Assembly: GCA_023334545.1 (NCBI GenBank)
Contig: JAADVB010000007.1
Coordinates: 100,265-164,264, forward strand
Origin: Salisapilia sapeloensis CBS 127946
Taxonomy: Eukaryota > Protista > Oomycota
Direction of reading: 5' to 3'
DNA: 64,000 nt
Position numbers and translations under genes: made by a program. This document shows positions 12,177 to 23,848 of the stretch, in pieces. The number at the start of each line of letters is the position of its first letter. Position 1 is the first letter of the stretch. The notes under the pieces were generated by a model. It was not told the DNA's origin. It ran no database searches and was given only the letters and a program-made list of their open reading frames with translations.

Positions 12177-12848
12177 TCAGTCTTTATGATCGTCTCGATG
12201 CACCCTATCTGTACGTTCGTGTCGCCGTTCTTCCCGCTCGTGAAACAGACGCTCCCTCGTATGCATCACTTCCATTCGCTTCTCCTCTCGCTGTCCTTGA
12301 CGCTCGAGTCGACGTTGCTCTCGTTTCGCTCGTTCAGCTATCTGATGTGGTGTGTTGCCGGCTAATGCCTGTGCAACGTAGTCCATCCGCTTGGCATACT
12401 CTTCCATAGATAACTCTACTTCTTTTTGCTGCTCTTCTATTTCTGCTGTACTCGGAGCGTTGATCGCTGCCTCGATCATGTCTGGAGTAGGGTGTGTCTC
12501 GGACGGCGGAGGGGCAGGCTGTGGCTCTGTATGAGTCTCAACATGGTTTGGAGGCTGTTCGCGTGTACTGGATGAGGTCTTTGAAGGCGGAAGCTGATCT
12601 CCAGTAGACTTCTGTGCTGGTAAATCATGAAAAGAAGGATATAATGAGCCCGATGCTTGTCCATCATGTCGATGAGTATTCCTCGTGCTATCCTTGGGCA
12701 CATATGGACCATTTTGTTTTACTTTTTGACTACATTGAGGTATCTGAGCTACTGCTGTAGTTACAGGACGTTCTTCAGAGCCGTATTCCAAGTCAAACGC
12801 GTCAATGAGCTCGTCTTCGTACTGTTCCTCGGACCGATTCATGAACAT
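12177..12848 (-). CDS. Hypothetical protein with charged C-terminal coiled coil
   Basis: 223 aa ORF with protein-like composition. No family recognised. Confidence 0.55.
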   Translation of the reverse strand: MFMNRSEEQYEDELIDAFDLEYGSEERPVTTAVAQIPQCSQKVKQNGPYVPKDSTRNTHRHDGQASGSLYPSFHDLPAQKSTGDQLPPSKTSSSTREQPPNHVETHTEPQPAPPPSETHPTPDMIEAAINAPSTAEIEEQQKEVELSMEEYAKRMDYVAQALAGNTPHQIAERAKREQRRLERQGQREEKRMEVMHTRERLFHEREERRHERTDRVHRDDHKD

Positions 12849-12943
12849 TTATTCCTTGTTCTTTTTCCTGTCCAGATTACAAACAATTATCTGCTACTAG
12901 ATCATTTTCGTCCAATCCGCATCTACCTCTATCTCTTCGTTGA

Positions 12944-13981
12944 TCACCGAGATGACCAACGAGATGCTTTCCGAGCTCGATCGCGACTTGGACTACGACT
13001 GCGGTCTCGAGAACTCCGTCTTCGTCGGTCGTGGCGACTCCGTGATCGGCTCCTGTCTCTCCGACGTCGAGAACGACTACGACTACGCTTCTTCTCTCGG
13101 CTCTTGGACCGATCTCGATCGTCACGAGCACGCTCCGTCGGTTCCCACCGTGATTTCTTTTTCCGATGCAAAGAATCTTGCTCCTTTGTTTTCGGCGGGT
13201 TTTCCTTTGGCCGGAAGACTTCGAACGGATCGATTTCTGTTAATGGTTTTAACCATCCAATGCGTTCTGTTCCGTGTACTTGTAGAATTTCTTTACTAGC
13301 AGCATGCACTTCCTTTTCCTCCACTTCAAATGTCGAGAAAAGTGTTAAATCGATTGCCATTTGCTCCTCTTGATAGGCCAGCATGATCACAGCACAAGCA
13401 ATTGTATCGGCTGGATATCGAACACAAACATCAATCCGAAAACTGCTTTGTAAATACACGTAGCTCTGCTTTTCCACACCGGACGGAGCGGGAGCAATGG
13501 AAAAATAGTACGCAAGAAACTTGTGCGGGTGTTCCATCACACTATAAAGTCGAAAGCCAAGACTGATGAGAATCTGGCGTTCGACCAAAACAAGCCAGTT
13601 GTTCCATGTAGAGTAGGCAGCGCCGTTGTGATCGATGGACAGAGCCTGGTGTCGATTCGACGGACCGAGTACGCGATGCTGATACATGTCATAGAAGACG
13701 GTAACGACCTCACGAATGGTGCGTGCCTGCTCCTCCACTTTAGCAGCTAAGAACGTGCATCCCATGGCAGTACGCAACGCATCAAAGTCGACGAGTGACT
13801 GTCGATAGAAAAACCGATGTAGCAGTGTCTGTGCCGTTGCTGCGACAACATCAGGAAGCTTGAGCACTGCTGCTGCATCCTGAATGAGCTCACATGCAAA
13901 CGCTCGATGTTGCTTTTCAGCCGACAAAGTGATGCCGTCCTTGGAAGACGGAGACGGGGGCAGGTCGGCACCTGTCGACAT
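12944..13981 (-). CDS. CCNL1: Cyclin L with C-terminal RS domain
   Basis: ACELIQDAAAVLKLPDVVAATAQTLLHRFFYRQS...FLAAKVEE...ERQILISLGF...EHPHKF cyclin box plus RS-rich tail. Intronless. Confidence 0.93.
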   Translation of the reverse strand: MSTGADLPPSPSSKDGITLSAEKQHRAFACELIQDAAAVLKLPDVVAATAQTLLHRFFYRQSLVDFDALRTAMGCTFLAAKVEEQARTIREVVTVFYDMYQHRVLGPSNRHQALSIDHNGAAYSTWNNWLVLVERQILISLGFRLYSVMEHPHKFLAYYFSIAPAPSGVEKQSYVYLQSSFRIDVCVRYPADTIACAVIMLAYQEEQMAIDLTLFSTFEVEEKEVHAASKEILQVHGTERIGWLKPLTEIDPFEVFRPKENPPKTKEQDSLHRKKKSRWEPTERARDDRDRSKSREKKRSRSRSRRRRDRSRSRSRHDRRRRSSRDRSRSPSRDRARKASRWSSR

Positions 13982-14390
13982 GCCGATTCGATGGCCAAAG
14001 TAGTGTGCAAATTGTACCTAATGTTAGCTATCAGTTATATCAAGTTCGTCGAAGAGCTAGTTGATCATGTGCATCCAGACCGCCTTCAATGTCCTCACTA
14101 CGTGTTTGTCTGCTTTCTACTTGGTGATAAGCTCTTTGGACATGCAACTAGACTTAAATATATAAATTATATACGAGACACCGATTTGCATTTGCTCGAA
14201 CACATCTACTATGCGGTTACTACATGAACCTGCGTTTCTTGATGTGCATACAAAAGGACCTTTACCTTCCTAGCTGTACCTTGGCGTTGGATTTACTTGG
14301 CGCTTTCAACCATGCCGTCCTGCATCTCTAACAGTTTATATTCTCTACTTCAAAGACATGTATAACGCCATGGTCAAAAGTGCTTGTGAT

Positions 14391-16474
14391 TTAATGCAAC
14401 GGAATGGGCTGCGTCTCCTGACAAAGGTATTCCAACGCACTTGGATCGATCGACTCGAGTTCTGGCGTCAGCTTCTCACGAACATCAGCATGGTAGTCGT
14501 TCAGCCATTGGATCTCATCGTTCGACAGCATGTCTACATCCACCATCTTGCGTTGGATCGGACACATCGTGATCGTCTCGAATTGACAAAACTGCTTGCC
14601 AAGCGGACTCTTCTCCGACACTTGTTTCGCCAGCATCAGACTTTCAATTCGAATACCGAACTGTCCATCCTCATAGTACCCTGGCTCATTGCTCACGATC
14701 ATCCGGTCTTGGATGAGCAAGCCATCCGGATTGAGTTTAAACGACATCAAGACTCCTTTCTCATGCACATTTAAAAACGCACCGACGCCATGGCCAGTCC
14801 CGTGTCGATAGTCCAGTCCAGCCTGCCACAACGGTGCACGCGTGATGGCGTCGAGTTTGACGCCTTCAATCTTATCCGGGAACTTGGCTCTCGCCAAGGC
14901 GATATGACCTTGCAAGACAGACGTAAAGCACCGGCATTCGTACTCGGATGGCGTACCAAAGTGCAGCGTACGTGTAACATCCGTCGTGCCATCCAGGTAC
15001 TGCGCACCAGAGTCATTCAGATACATTTGAGAAGAAGAGAACGTAGAGCAAGAGCCTTTCTGAGGCGCGTAGTGGATCACAGCACCGTTGCTACCAACAC
15101 TAGAGATCGTCTCAAAGCTAAGCGATACGTAATCTTTCATCTCTCGACGAAGCTGCTCTTGCTTGTCTGCCAAATCGACCTCATCCAAGGACTCTGCGAC
15201 GCCATCATCCACTTGACGTTGCAGCCAGGAGAAGAATCGCACGAGAGCAGCTCCGTCACGAATGTGCGCTTGCTTCATGCCTTGTATCTCGACATCATTC
15301 TTAATAGCTTTCTGAGCCATGATGACTGACGTCTCTTCCTTTCGCATAGATGGTGGCAGAGCGAGGAAGACTGCGACGTTACATTGAATCGGATCAATAA
15401 GGACTTTGGCACTTGGATGAGAATCAGCGTAGGAAGAGAGGTAAGGAAGCATGGAGCTATAGGTTTGGACGTCGACGTTATCCTTTTGCAGGTGGGCTTC
15501 CACGTCCTGTGGATTCGCTGCGTCTACGAACAACGTCGCCGAGTCTTTCGAGATGAAAGCATAGCTGATGGCGACTGGGTTGAATGCAACGTCACTGCCA
15601 CGGATGTTTAGTAGCCACGCAATGTCGTCGAGAGCAGTGAGGACGATAGCTTCAGCGCCTTTAGATGCGATAGTGGAACGTAGCTGAGCTAGTTTCTCAC
15701 TTACAGACGCACCAGTCAGAGCTTCTGGTAGGACGGAGACCTTGGATTTAGGCTCAGACGGACGGTCGGGTCCCCAGATTTCATCGACAGGGTTGACACA
15801 CTCCTGGAGAGCAACGAGGTCGACGGAGGAATTCTCCAAGGCAGATGCATACGTCCTGATACATGAACTAAGTACATATCAAGAGACAGGAAGTAAATAC
15901 AAATACCGAGCAGCAGAGACGGAAGTGAGGTACGGATCGATGGCAAAGAAACCATTGCCAGACAAGTGCGATCGCAGCCATTCCTGCAAGTTACGTTAGA
16001 TTAGACTCTAGTTATAAGGAGGATAAGAAGTATTGTACCGGGATGGTAGGGACGCCAGGCTCTCCCATCTTCATCAAGCTCCAGTCTTTACTCAACTCCT
16101 TTTCTGCCTGTAAAAAGTATCTCCCGTCGGTCCACATCAATGCTTCCGTCGGAGTAATGATAGCTACGATAGCATAAGTACTTGAGTTTCCATCGATCTA
16201 GTATGCGTATTAAAGCAAGTATACCAGTGCCATTCGATCCAGAGAACCCAGTGATATACTCTCGTCGATTGTGAGCGTCTCGAACGTACTCGCTTTGATG
16301 CGCATCGGCCGTATCGACCAGAAACGCCTGCAGCTGACGACCGTCGCTGCCTGCATCAATGGCTGGACTAGGTGTACTCGAGACTTTTCCTTTCTCCAGA
16401 CGACCTCGAAGAGGTAGCAGTCGAGCATTCGATCGTTCTAAAATCGACCGTAGTTCACGTAACTTGTCCCCCAT
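14391..16474 (-). CDS. XPNPEP1: Xaa-Pro aminopeptidase (aminopeptidase P, M24B), spliced
   Basis: DAHQSEYV...[67 protein letters not shown] motifs. Confidence 0.95.
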
Positions 16475-16662
16475 GACGATGGTATCCGATATACTCTTCC
16501 AGGTCGGAATCAGATTGTGCGGTTCTCCTGCACGTCCGAGTAAAATGACGTTACAATAAACACCAGCACTTGTATGGATAAAATGTATTAATGCGAGACG
16601 AACGATTGACTCCAAGCGCTGTCATCAGATGGACACATCCCAACGTGATCGATCGGACGGCC

Positions 16663-17994
16663 ATGCTTTCACCACTCCCACCATCGCCGTACGTCCGTCG
16701 GCAAGCATCGTTCAGTCAATCGTCTGAAGATCGCAACACGCGTCATGCACAGGAAGAAGAGAAAGAGGAGAGGAAAGCTAGTTTCTTGTTCGCACTCACT
16801 GGCATCGGGTACCTGTTCCCGTTCTCAGCATTGACACAACCGGTGGACTACTGGCAAATACTCTTCCCGGACTTTAACATTGAGTTTCAACTCACGTCCA
16901 CGTTTATGTATACCAATATTGTCTTCCTCGGACTCATTGTCCTCTTCCTCGGCTCGCCGTGGTACACTGGCCGCATTGTCGGAGGCTTCACTGGTCAGCT
17001 ACTCGTCCTCGCTTTCATTCCTACTTCCTACTTTTTCCTCTCGTCTGAGACTGCGAATACCATTGCAGTACTTGGAGGGACAGCAGCAGCCTCCATCGCC
17101 ACTGCCTTCATCGACAGTGCCACCATTACGCTCGTCTCGCACTATCCGTTGCGAGTACAGGAAAGCTTTCAACTCGGTGTTGGCATCAGCACGCTTATCG
17201 GTAGCATCTACCGAGACTTGACGAAAGTCGTTTTTCCTGATGACATGGTCGTCACTTCGACACTGATCTACTTTTACACTGGTGCCTTCACCATCGCATT
17301 GTGCATCGCAGCTTACTACAACATCCTTGGTCTCAAGATCACCAAAAAGTATTTAAATGTAAAACCGCATACGAATGGAGTAGAAATGACAGAAACGTCT
17401 TCACTACTGCCACAGGACACACGCGAACTACAGGACGAAGCTAGCTCGCCGCAGAGTGAAACATCCGTTGGTAACAAAGCACCGACCAAAAGGTCTGTCT
17501 TGCACAAAGTGCTTTCACTACAGCTACTTATCGCACTCAACTTTACTACGTCCTTGTGTCTCTGGCCACCGCTTCTGACCGAAATCCGAACCTCTTCCTT
17601 TCCTTATCTCCAGCAGTCAGGCTGGTGGTCGCTTATACTGTTGACAGTCTTCTCCTTGTGGGACTGTATCGGTCGCTTTATGGTTCGCATGCGATGTGGA
17701 CTCACTGCGACGAATATCTGGATACCGATCGTACTACGCATTGCCTTCGTTCCGATATTTATCGGTATGGTGCGAGGTGTCTGGTTCACGCATGACGCAT
17801 GGGCACTCCTCTTCACGTCTATCTTGGGACACACGAACGGGTACCTAGGCACGTTGGCAATCATCTTTGTAAATGAAAGCGTGCATGAGGAAGAGCAGAA
17901 GATCGCTGGACCGTTCACAAGTTTCTTCCTGAACTTGGGTCTTGTGCTTGGTTCAAGTGTCGGTTTGGTGCTACAGAAAGTAGTTGTCGGATAG
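16663..17994 (+). CDS. Equilibrative nucleoside transporter
   Basis: LTGIGYLFPFSAL...DYW, multiple TM helices, large cytosolic loop, WDCIGR, GHTNGYL, LGLVLGS pattern of ENT family. ORF open from 16591. Confidence 0.92.
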   Translation: MLSPLPPSPYVRRQASFSQSSEDRNTRHAQEEEKEERKASFLFALTGIGYLFPFSALTQPVDYWQILFPDFNIEFQLTSTFMYTNIVFLGLIVLFLGSPWYTGRIVGGFTGQLLVLAFIPTSYFFLSSETANTIAVLGGTAAASIATAFIDSATITLVSHYPLRVQESFQLGVGISTLIGSIYRDLTKVVFPDDMVVTSTLIYFYTGAFTIALCIAAYYNILGLKITKKYLNVKPHTNGVEMTETSSLLPQDTRELQDEASSPQSETSVGNKAPTKRSVLHKVLSLQLLIALNFTTSLCLWPPLLTEIRTSSFPYLQQSGWWSLILLTVFSLWDCIGRFMVRMRCGLTATNIWIPIVLRIAFVPIFIGMVRGVWFTHDAWALLFTSILGHTNGYLGTLAIIFVNESVHEEEQKIAGPFTSFFLNLGLVLGSSVGLVLQKVVVG

Positions 17995-18068
17995 ATGAGG
18001 AGGTGCGTATAGAGGGACAATAACTATGCAATAGACTGTTCATGCAACGTAGAAAGATGTGCTTTTGC

Positions 18069-18956
18069 TTATTTGCCAACTTTGTACAGACCGAGTTCAA
18101 TCTGCTGTTCGATGCGTTCTACTTTCTCATTCAAAGCCTTTAGCTCCACAACAATGCTACTAGCGTCTTCCGAGTTCATGCTGCTCGTCAATGGCTTTGA
18201 TGTGATCGTATGAGGCGTCGATTGGATCTTCAATGATCGTTTCGATAGGCTCGTACTTCCATGAACAAGACGATCTCGACGATCCATGATTTCATCACGC
18301 ACAAAGTCCGCATCCTTTGGTGCTATCAGCGAGCATTCCGGTCTTCCATTACTATTACCAGCAGTTTGAATGTCGAGTGACTTTACATTAAAGCAGCTCT
18401 GAATGCAGCCTTGATTGATGGCAACGTCTTGAATCTTGTCGAGAGGAATATTTTTGGATGTATGCACCAACCCATTCGTCTCGAGCTCCACTTGGCGATC
18501 GGTAATCTTGCATTTCTGACCTTTTATTACTCTCCTCTGGATGCAAGGGACGAACGGAAGACAAATGATGCCGTATACTGTCAGGATACTAAGCATAAAC
18601 CCAGTACATAAGAGGTATCGATACCCATTCTTATGATCGAATTCTACTTCATGATCAACTAGCACTTCCGCTGTAAATTCATCTTCTACTCTCTTCTCTT
18701 GCATATCGTCTTTCGATGTAGGATGGACGCTCGTTGTGCTTTGGTCCCAGTGGGAATACCCCATGCGTTTTGCAAGCTTGTTGTACGAGTGAAACACCTT
18801 TTGCAAAGTTCTCTCCGTTTCATGCTTGTCAATTTTATACATCAAGTACATGTTATAAAAGTAGAAGAAGGCATTTTTAAACATAGGTAGAGCTAGAAGA
18901 TTGTACTCCTTATATAAATCGGTAGAGATGGGCGCTTGAAGTCTAAGGCGCATCAC
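18069..18956 (-). CDS. Membrane protein with bacterial-PH-like (bPH_2/YdbS-type) domain
   Basis: One hydrophobic segment, then KITDRQVELETNGLVHTSKNIPLDKIQDVAINQGCIQSCFNVKSLDIQTAG, then a C-terminal coil. True start may be Met at 18764. Confidence 0.75.
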   Translation of the reverse strand: MMRLRLQAPISTDLYKEYNLLALPMFKNAFFYFYNMYLMYKIDKHETERTLQKVFHSYNKLAKRMGYSHWDQSTTSVHPTSKDDMQEKRVEDEFTAEVLVDHEVEFDHKNGYRYLLCTGFMLSILTVYGIICLPFVPCIQRRVIKGQKCKITDRQVELETNGLVHTSKNIPLDKIQDVAINQGCIQSCFNVKSLDIQTAGNSNGRPECSLIAPKDADFVRDEIMDRRDRLVHGSTSLSKRSLKIQSTPHTITSKPLTSSMNSEDASSIVVELKALNEKVERIEQQIELGLYKVGK

Positions 18957-20023
18957 CGAGGCAATTGAGAAAGGCCGCTAAGAAATATGTTGAAGTTATT
19001 TTTGAAGTGTGGTTGAAGACAAGATCCATATGAAGAGCTTACTTTTTTATTCAATTTTTATCTTTAGGAGAGCAAAATTTGAGACTCTAGAAGGAAATTT
19101 GGCTATGAAAATGCTGATCCGAATGGTCTGCTGGTCTGTGCGTCGATGTACTTCTCGACCAATGTGCGGGAGCATCCCCTGATCGGGAAAACGGCTATAC
19201 ATGACTATGCACAACCGATGTTTCATTTCGCTCTCCCACTATCTGTGATCATTTCTTTAGCCTGCACGATCATATTGTACGAGTTTCTCAACTAGGCGCT
19301 TTGCACGCGGTGGTGTCGACACTAGCGCACGAATATGCACTCCATTACCACTTATGGTCCATGCAACCATGGGCGGAAGACAACGCGACGCAGCCATCAG
19401 CCCGAAAAGATCTTACGACAAACGTCGAAGAGGCGTATGTCAGGATCTTTCGAATTTCCGCTAGCCCAGTGGGAGGTAAAGGGAGAGCAATTGAGCATGA
19501 AATCAGCTACTTGAACAGAGATTCCAACGCGCTTTCATTCGCATCAAAGTGATTGGATTAGTGGCGGCATTAGCAAATCCGCGCGTGACGTAAACTGGTC
19601 GAGCATGCCACTACAGGTATAAAAGATACACATGACCAAGATGCGCCATTTCGCGCGAGCAAGATCCCGATGATGAAAATTGCCTCTTCTCGCCTACATG
19701 TCTAACAAACACAAACTATGTTCCTTCCGCCGGGATCGTCGCATCGCCGACAGAGGTTCAAGTCGCAACCGGCGCCTTCCGCTGAAGAAGGCTTGCATAC
19801 AAAATTTAAAAGAGACGCCGGACGTCACTGCTGGCTTTTTCATGCCTCTTCTGCCGTCTTTCGTGTCGACGATCTACCTTTTTGAGACAAGCACGCTGGT
19901 CCGAAAATAAATGGCGCTCAAAGACCTCATTCGCCAATCTGCTTCGTACTGCACAAGCGACCTTTACGTTCGTTCCCTTCGGGCCCTTCACCATAGCGGA
20001 ACGACATCCATCTACTTGTAACC

Positions 20024-20749
20024 ATGACCAGCCTCGCATCCCCTGCGCCCACCGCACCGTCCGAACTCGAGCTAGGAGGTCGAGTCGACCCACGCATCCT
20101 CAAAAAGCTTACCGCATCCGTATCTGCCACGGCGGGATCTTCAAATCAGCAATCTTTTATTGTATCCGTTGACGCTGTCGTACCAGGTCAGCGTGCGTTC
20201 CAGGATCGACATTTGTCCTGTCAACTCGTAACGCGCTCGTTCGACGACTTTTGTAAATTCCGCAAGTCGCTCCTGTCACGCGTTCGCAGTCGAAGCGGCC
20301 TCTCTTCCAATATCCTTCCACCTTCATTACGACGCTCCACGTCCTTGCGCGCTAACGTGACTACATCGAGTGCGACTGGCAAGTGCCGATGTCAAGACGG
20401 CAAGTCATGTCCGTTCGAATCTACGCGCGACGTTCTCTCTACGCTCCGATTTACCCGGATGCCGCTGTTTCCCACCGCAAGTACGAATGAAGTGATTCGG
20501 AATAAGCGGCAAGTGGAGATGCAGAGTTTCCTGCAGGTCGTGTTTGGACTACTTCGTCGCATGCCGCCGAGTGAATGGCAACCTGGGTGCTTATTTTTGG
20601 ACGACTTAATGGCATTCCTCGGTGTCGAAGAGTCTTCGGTCTTTGAAGACGTTGAGCGCTATATGGAGCCCAAGCACCGTCGCATGTCACTCGATGGCTG
20701 GCGTTCGTTCACGCGCGACAACTTTGGAAGTGGCTTGTCGGCCATTTAA
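20024..20749 (+). CDS. PX-like domain protein (oomycete type)
   Basis: VTRSFDDFCKFRKSL...RFTRMPLF...KRQVEMQSFLQ...FLDDLMAFL resembles a PX fold with a low-complexity/Cys insert. Confidence 0.6.
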   Translation: MTSLASPAPTAPSELELGGRVDPRILKKLTASVSATAGSSNQQSFIVSVDAVVPGQRAFQDRHLSCQLVTRSFDDFCKFRKSLLSRVRSRSGLSSNILPPSLRRSTSLRANVTTSSATGKCRCQDGKSCPFESTRDVLSTLRFTRMPLFPTASTNEVIRNKRQVEMQSFLQVVFGLLRRMPPSEWQPGCLFLDDLMAFLGVEESSVFEDVERYMEPKHRRMSLDGWRSFTRDNFGSGLSAI

Positions 20750-21238
20750 TCCAGCTAAAGGAGGCTGGGAAGACATAGTTGGACGTCATGCAGACTTGTG
20801 AAGGGACAATAAGTCTGTCAGGCGATCCACCGTCCATTTTAGTACTCGAGGAAGAAGACTTATTATAAAAAATGCGTTGAGCGACGATGCTTAACGCGAT
20901 TCGCAGCTACTGCCATGAAACCTATAAATCTTCGTATGAAGATCTGGCGGAAGTAGTTGCTTGTATTTATTCCCCTCAAACGCTCACGAAGCTAGGAAGT
21001 GAGTGACGCATAACGAATGAAAGTATGCTTACATCTTTATTCGGTTTTCTTGTTCGCATCTAAAACTGCGTGTCATTAGTCATGAAGATAATATCGTGAC
21101 TAGCGCATAAAGTAATCCTCCTACATATTTATACACTTCAACTGGGAGCACGACATCGGATCTCAACAAAAAATACGGAAAGTAACAACAAAAAGTAGTA
21201 AAATGTATGGTGCTTGTGTACTGGAATAAAACAAAAAA

Positions 21239-21310
21239 TGGACAAGCCGGGGATTGAACCCGGGGCCTTCCGCTTGCAAAGCGGACGCGCTACCACTGCG
21301 CTACATGCCC
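21239..21310 (-). tRNA. tRNA-Ala (anticodon UGC)
   Basis: GGGCATGTAGCGCAGTGGTAGCGCGTCCGCTTTGCAAGCGGAAGGCCCCGGGTTCAATCCCCGGCTTGTCCA. Cloverleaf, anticodon arm TCCGC-TTTGCAA-GCGGA, G3:U70 Ala identity pair, followed by a T6 Pol III terminator. Confidence 0.97.
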
Positions 21311-21632
21311 TTGATGGAAGCATGGAGATACAAAATGTTTAAATAATATTAAATAGAAATATACGTTTCTGCGACGTCAATTATCATAGCTTTCCAGGAA
21401 ATAGAGAGTAATTGCGCAAGTGCATGTCTAGTATAAATGTGTAGATGCATTCTTGTGACATGAAGAGCTCTTCCTTCCGCCCAACTGGCGGGAAGCCGGG
21501 ATAGATCGCTCGTGTGCATGGAAGCGTGCTTCGTTTCTGGTTATGGTACATCAGCAATGAAGTACGACTGCGAAGAGGTGCAGGTGACCCTTCAATCTTT
21601 TAGACACCAAGATCAATTTAGTTAGTATCATC

Positions 21633-22416
21633 ATGAGTCCTGTGAGGAAAAGTAAAAGCGACGGACTGACATCAATCCATGAAGGCAGCTTTGACACGAG
21701 TGCTCTGCAGCATGAATTGGAGGAAGCACTAGAAGCCGATCGGTTGTACAAACTCACAGACAGTACCAAGAAGCGAGCAATTCATACCGCTTCTAACTAT
21801 GAAGAGTTTCGAGTACGCTATTTAACTACTTTCCAATCGATTTATCCTATTCATATACGAAATTTAGAACTTGGTTACTTGTGCCGACTTGAAACCTGTC
21901 TCCCAGAAAGAGCTCCAGACACTTGGTCGAACCGATAGACGATTTAATACATCGTGCAAGCATCGGAACAACCAAAGACAGTTTGAAAGTAATAAAATTT
22001 CAGCAGACAAGAACATTCATAAATCTGCAAAGGAATTGCAGAAACCAAAATCCAATGTCGAATTTCGTCGGATGTGGAAACGAACGCTGCCTACCTCGGA
22101 TGACAAATACCTGTATCTTCGAATGACGACACCAGATTGTCTAAAAACGATCTTTACGTTCGATCTAGATGCGGATCTCCTAGCTGAGATAGCGCAGGTA
22201 CTTCTAGCTAATGCCGACGGATCGGAGGAAAAAGAGTCGTTTGCTCTTGATTGTCTAGAAGCTCTCTCGTCAACCCAACGCTTTCAACTGACACTTGATT
22301 TCCTTACTAACAATCAAGTGGAAAGCATTCGGAAGCTACTTTTTCAAATGACCAAAGACCACGATGGTATCGCTAGGATTGAAAAGCTATATCGTATCGA
22401 AAGACAGGAAGAATGA
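21633..22416 (+). CDS. CCDC103: Dynein axonemal assembly factor CCDC103 (dynein-attachment N-domain + RPAP3_C-like), 2 exons
   Basis: LQHELEEALEADRLYKLTDSTKKRAIHTASNYEEFR|..VTCADLKP...PKSNVEFRRMWK...LKTIFTFDLDADLLAEI...RFQLTLDFL. Confidence 0.88.
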
Positions 22417-22489
22417 CAAATCAATCTATACATTTCATTCTCTTTCGAGTTATTGCACGAGTTAAAAGTTGATAATATACACGGTTGCA

Positions 22490-23690
22490 TCAACTTTCAT
22501 TCGTCGATTGGAAGAAAAAGTAGTCGACGGAAGATTTAGCAAAGAAGAGACCGAGCGTTAGTAGGAAGCAGCCCATGCATCGCATGATCAGCTGCATCGT
22601 TTCGTTCTTCAGTTTCTATACCCACAAGATTAAGTCAGTCCGTACAAGACCCTCGACTTGTGTATACGTACGCTTTTGTATTTTCGAAGAAGAGAGAGGA
22701 GAACGTAGAACCAGGTAGATATACCACAAGCTACACCCAATCCAAACACAAACGCGAGAGTTACTGTAAACTCCAATAGTCCTGTACCATACACTACGAC
22801 CATGGTTAGCTACCACTCAAAGACAGTGCTATAATAGGACCTACCTGACGCGATGGCGCCAGTGTATGTAGCTAGAAGAGCAGGATTGACGCCAGATAAT
22901 GTGACACCGAGTAAAATGTCTTTGATAATCACTTCCCTCTCTCTCACCTTTGAGTGAAGGTGGGAGCTGGAATGGACTTTCGACGAACTAGGCTGTGTCA
23001 CATCCGATCGAAGGAAGACGAGACCGACTATCGTCAGCATCACTGCACCGAGCACTCTATCCATTCATAAAATAATGCACTTATCTATCGTATAAAGTAG
23101 ACTTATAGTTACTTGGAGACGGGTAATAGGAACTTGGCACCAGCGAGAAAGCTTCCAAAGCCCCAGAAGGCTATACCAGCATACGTCTATCATGATGCAA
23201 TGAGATCGATCGCGTCGTATATAAAAAGTATCCAGCATACAGCTTCAGAGAGGGCACCACCAACTGCGACAGTGAACCCAGCTTCGTAATTGCCTTGAAT
23301 GCCCAGCTTTAGAACCATCGCGGAAGTGGGTCCAGTAACAGGGACGGAGCCAAGAAATCCAAAGATGTATCCAGCGAAAAGAGGAAGGATGGAGCGTAGA
23401 CCGAAAGCTGTTGATTCGACAGACCCATGCTCAAGCTCCTCTAGCTCATTAGTAGCAATCGTTGGTGCCTGTCGATGGGCTTCACTAATAATAGGCTCCT
23501 GTCGAAGTCGAGGTGCTGGTGAGTTTTCGACTTTCATGCCATCGTCCGACAGCTCACCATCAGGCAGCGTCGTGAGGATGCTAAAGTAGATCAGGAATAG
23601 AAATAAAATGGATGCAATCAAGGCTGGCTTCTTCATACGCATGTACGGTCGCGACACAGAGAGCACGGCATACCGAGCTCGTGACAGCAT
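22490..23690 (-). CDS. LysE-type translocator family membrane protein with extra N-terminal TM, spliced
   Basis: GYIFGFLGSVPVTGPTSAMVLKLGI..GFTVAVGGALSE, LGVTLSGVNPALL, STWFYVL..L.RK, last exon MQLIMRCMGCFLLTLGLFF. Exons joined manually. Confidence 0.78.
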
Positions 23691-23848
23691 CTTGACCGAC
23701 GTTGAGAAGAGCTACTGACGTACTCGTCCAATTGTGCTCCAAACTGAATTTCGTTCTTGTTGTTGATTGGTGGATCTAAGCGATCACGAAGAGGCGTTCG
23801 AGAAATGGCTTCATTCCGGACAAGAACAGCCATCGCCCGATCGATGCA

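Noticed and set aside
12657-13373. 238 aa plus-strand ORF
   Set aside because: Antisense shadow of the cyclin L RS domain and the neighbouring gene.
19663-19737. GATCCCG...CGGGATC inverted repeat flanking an ATGATGA C-box-like motif
   Set aside because: No CTGA D box next to the 3' arm, and 7-bp arms are expected by chance; not called a snoRNA.
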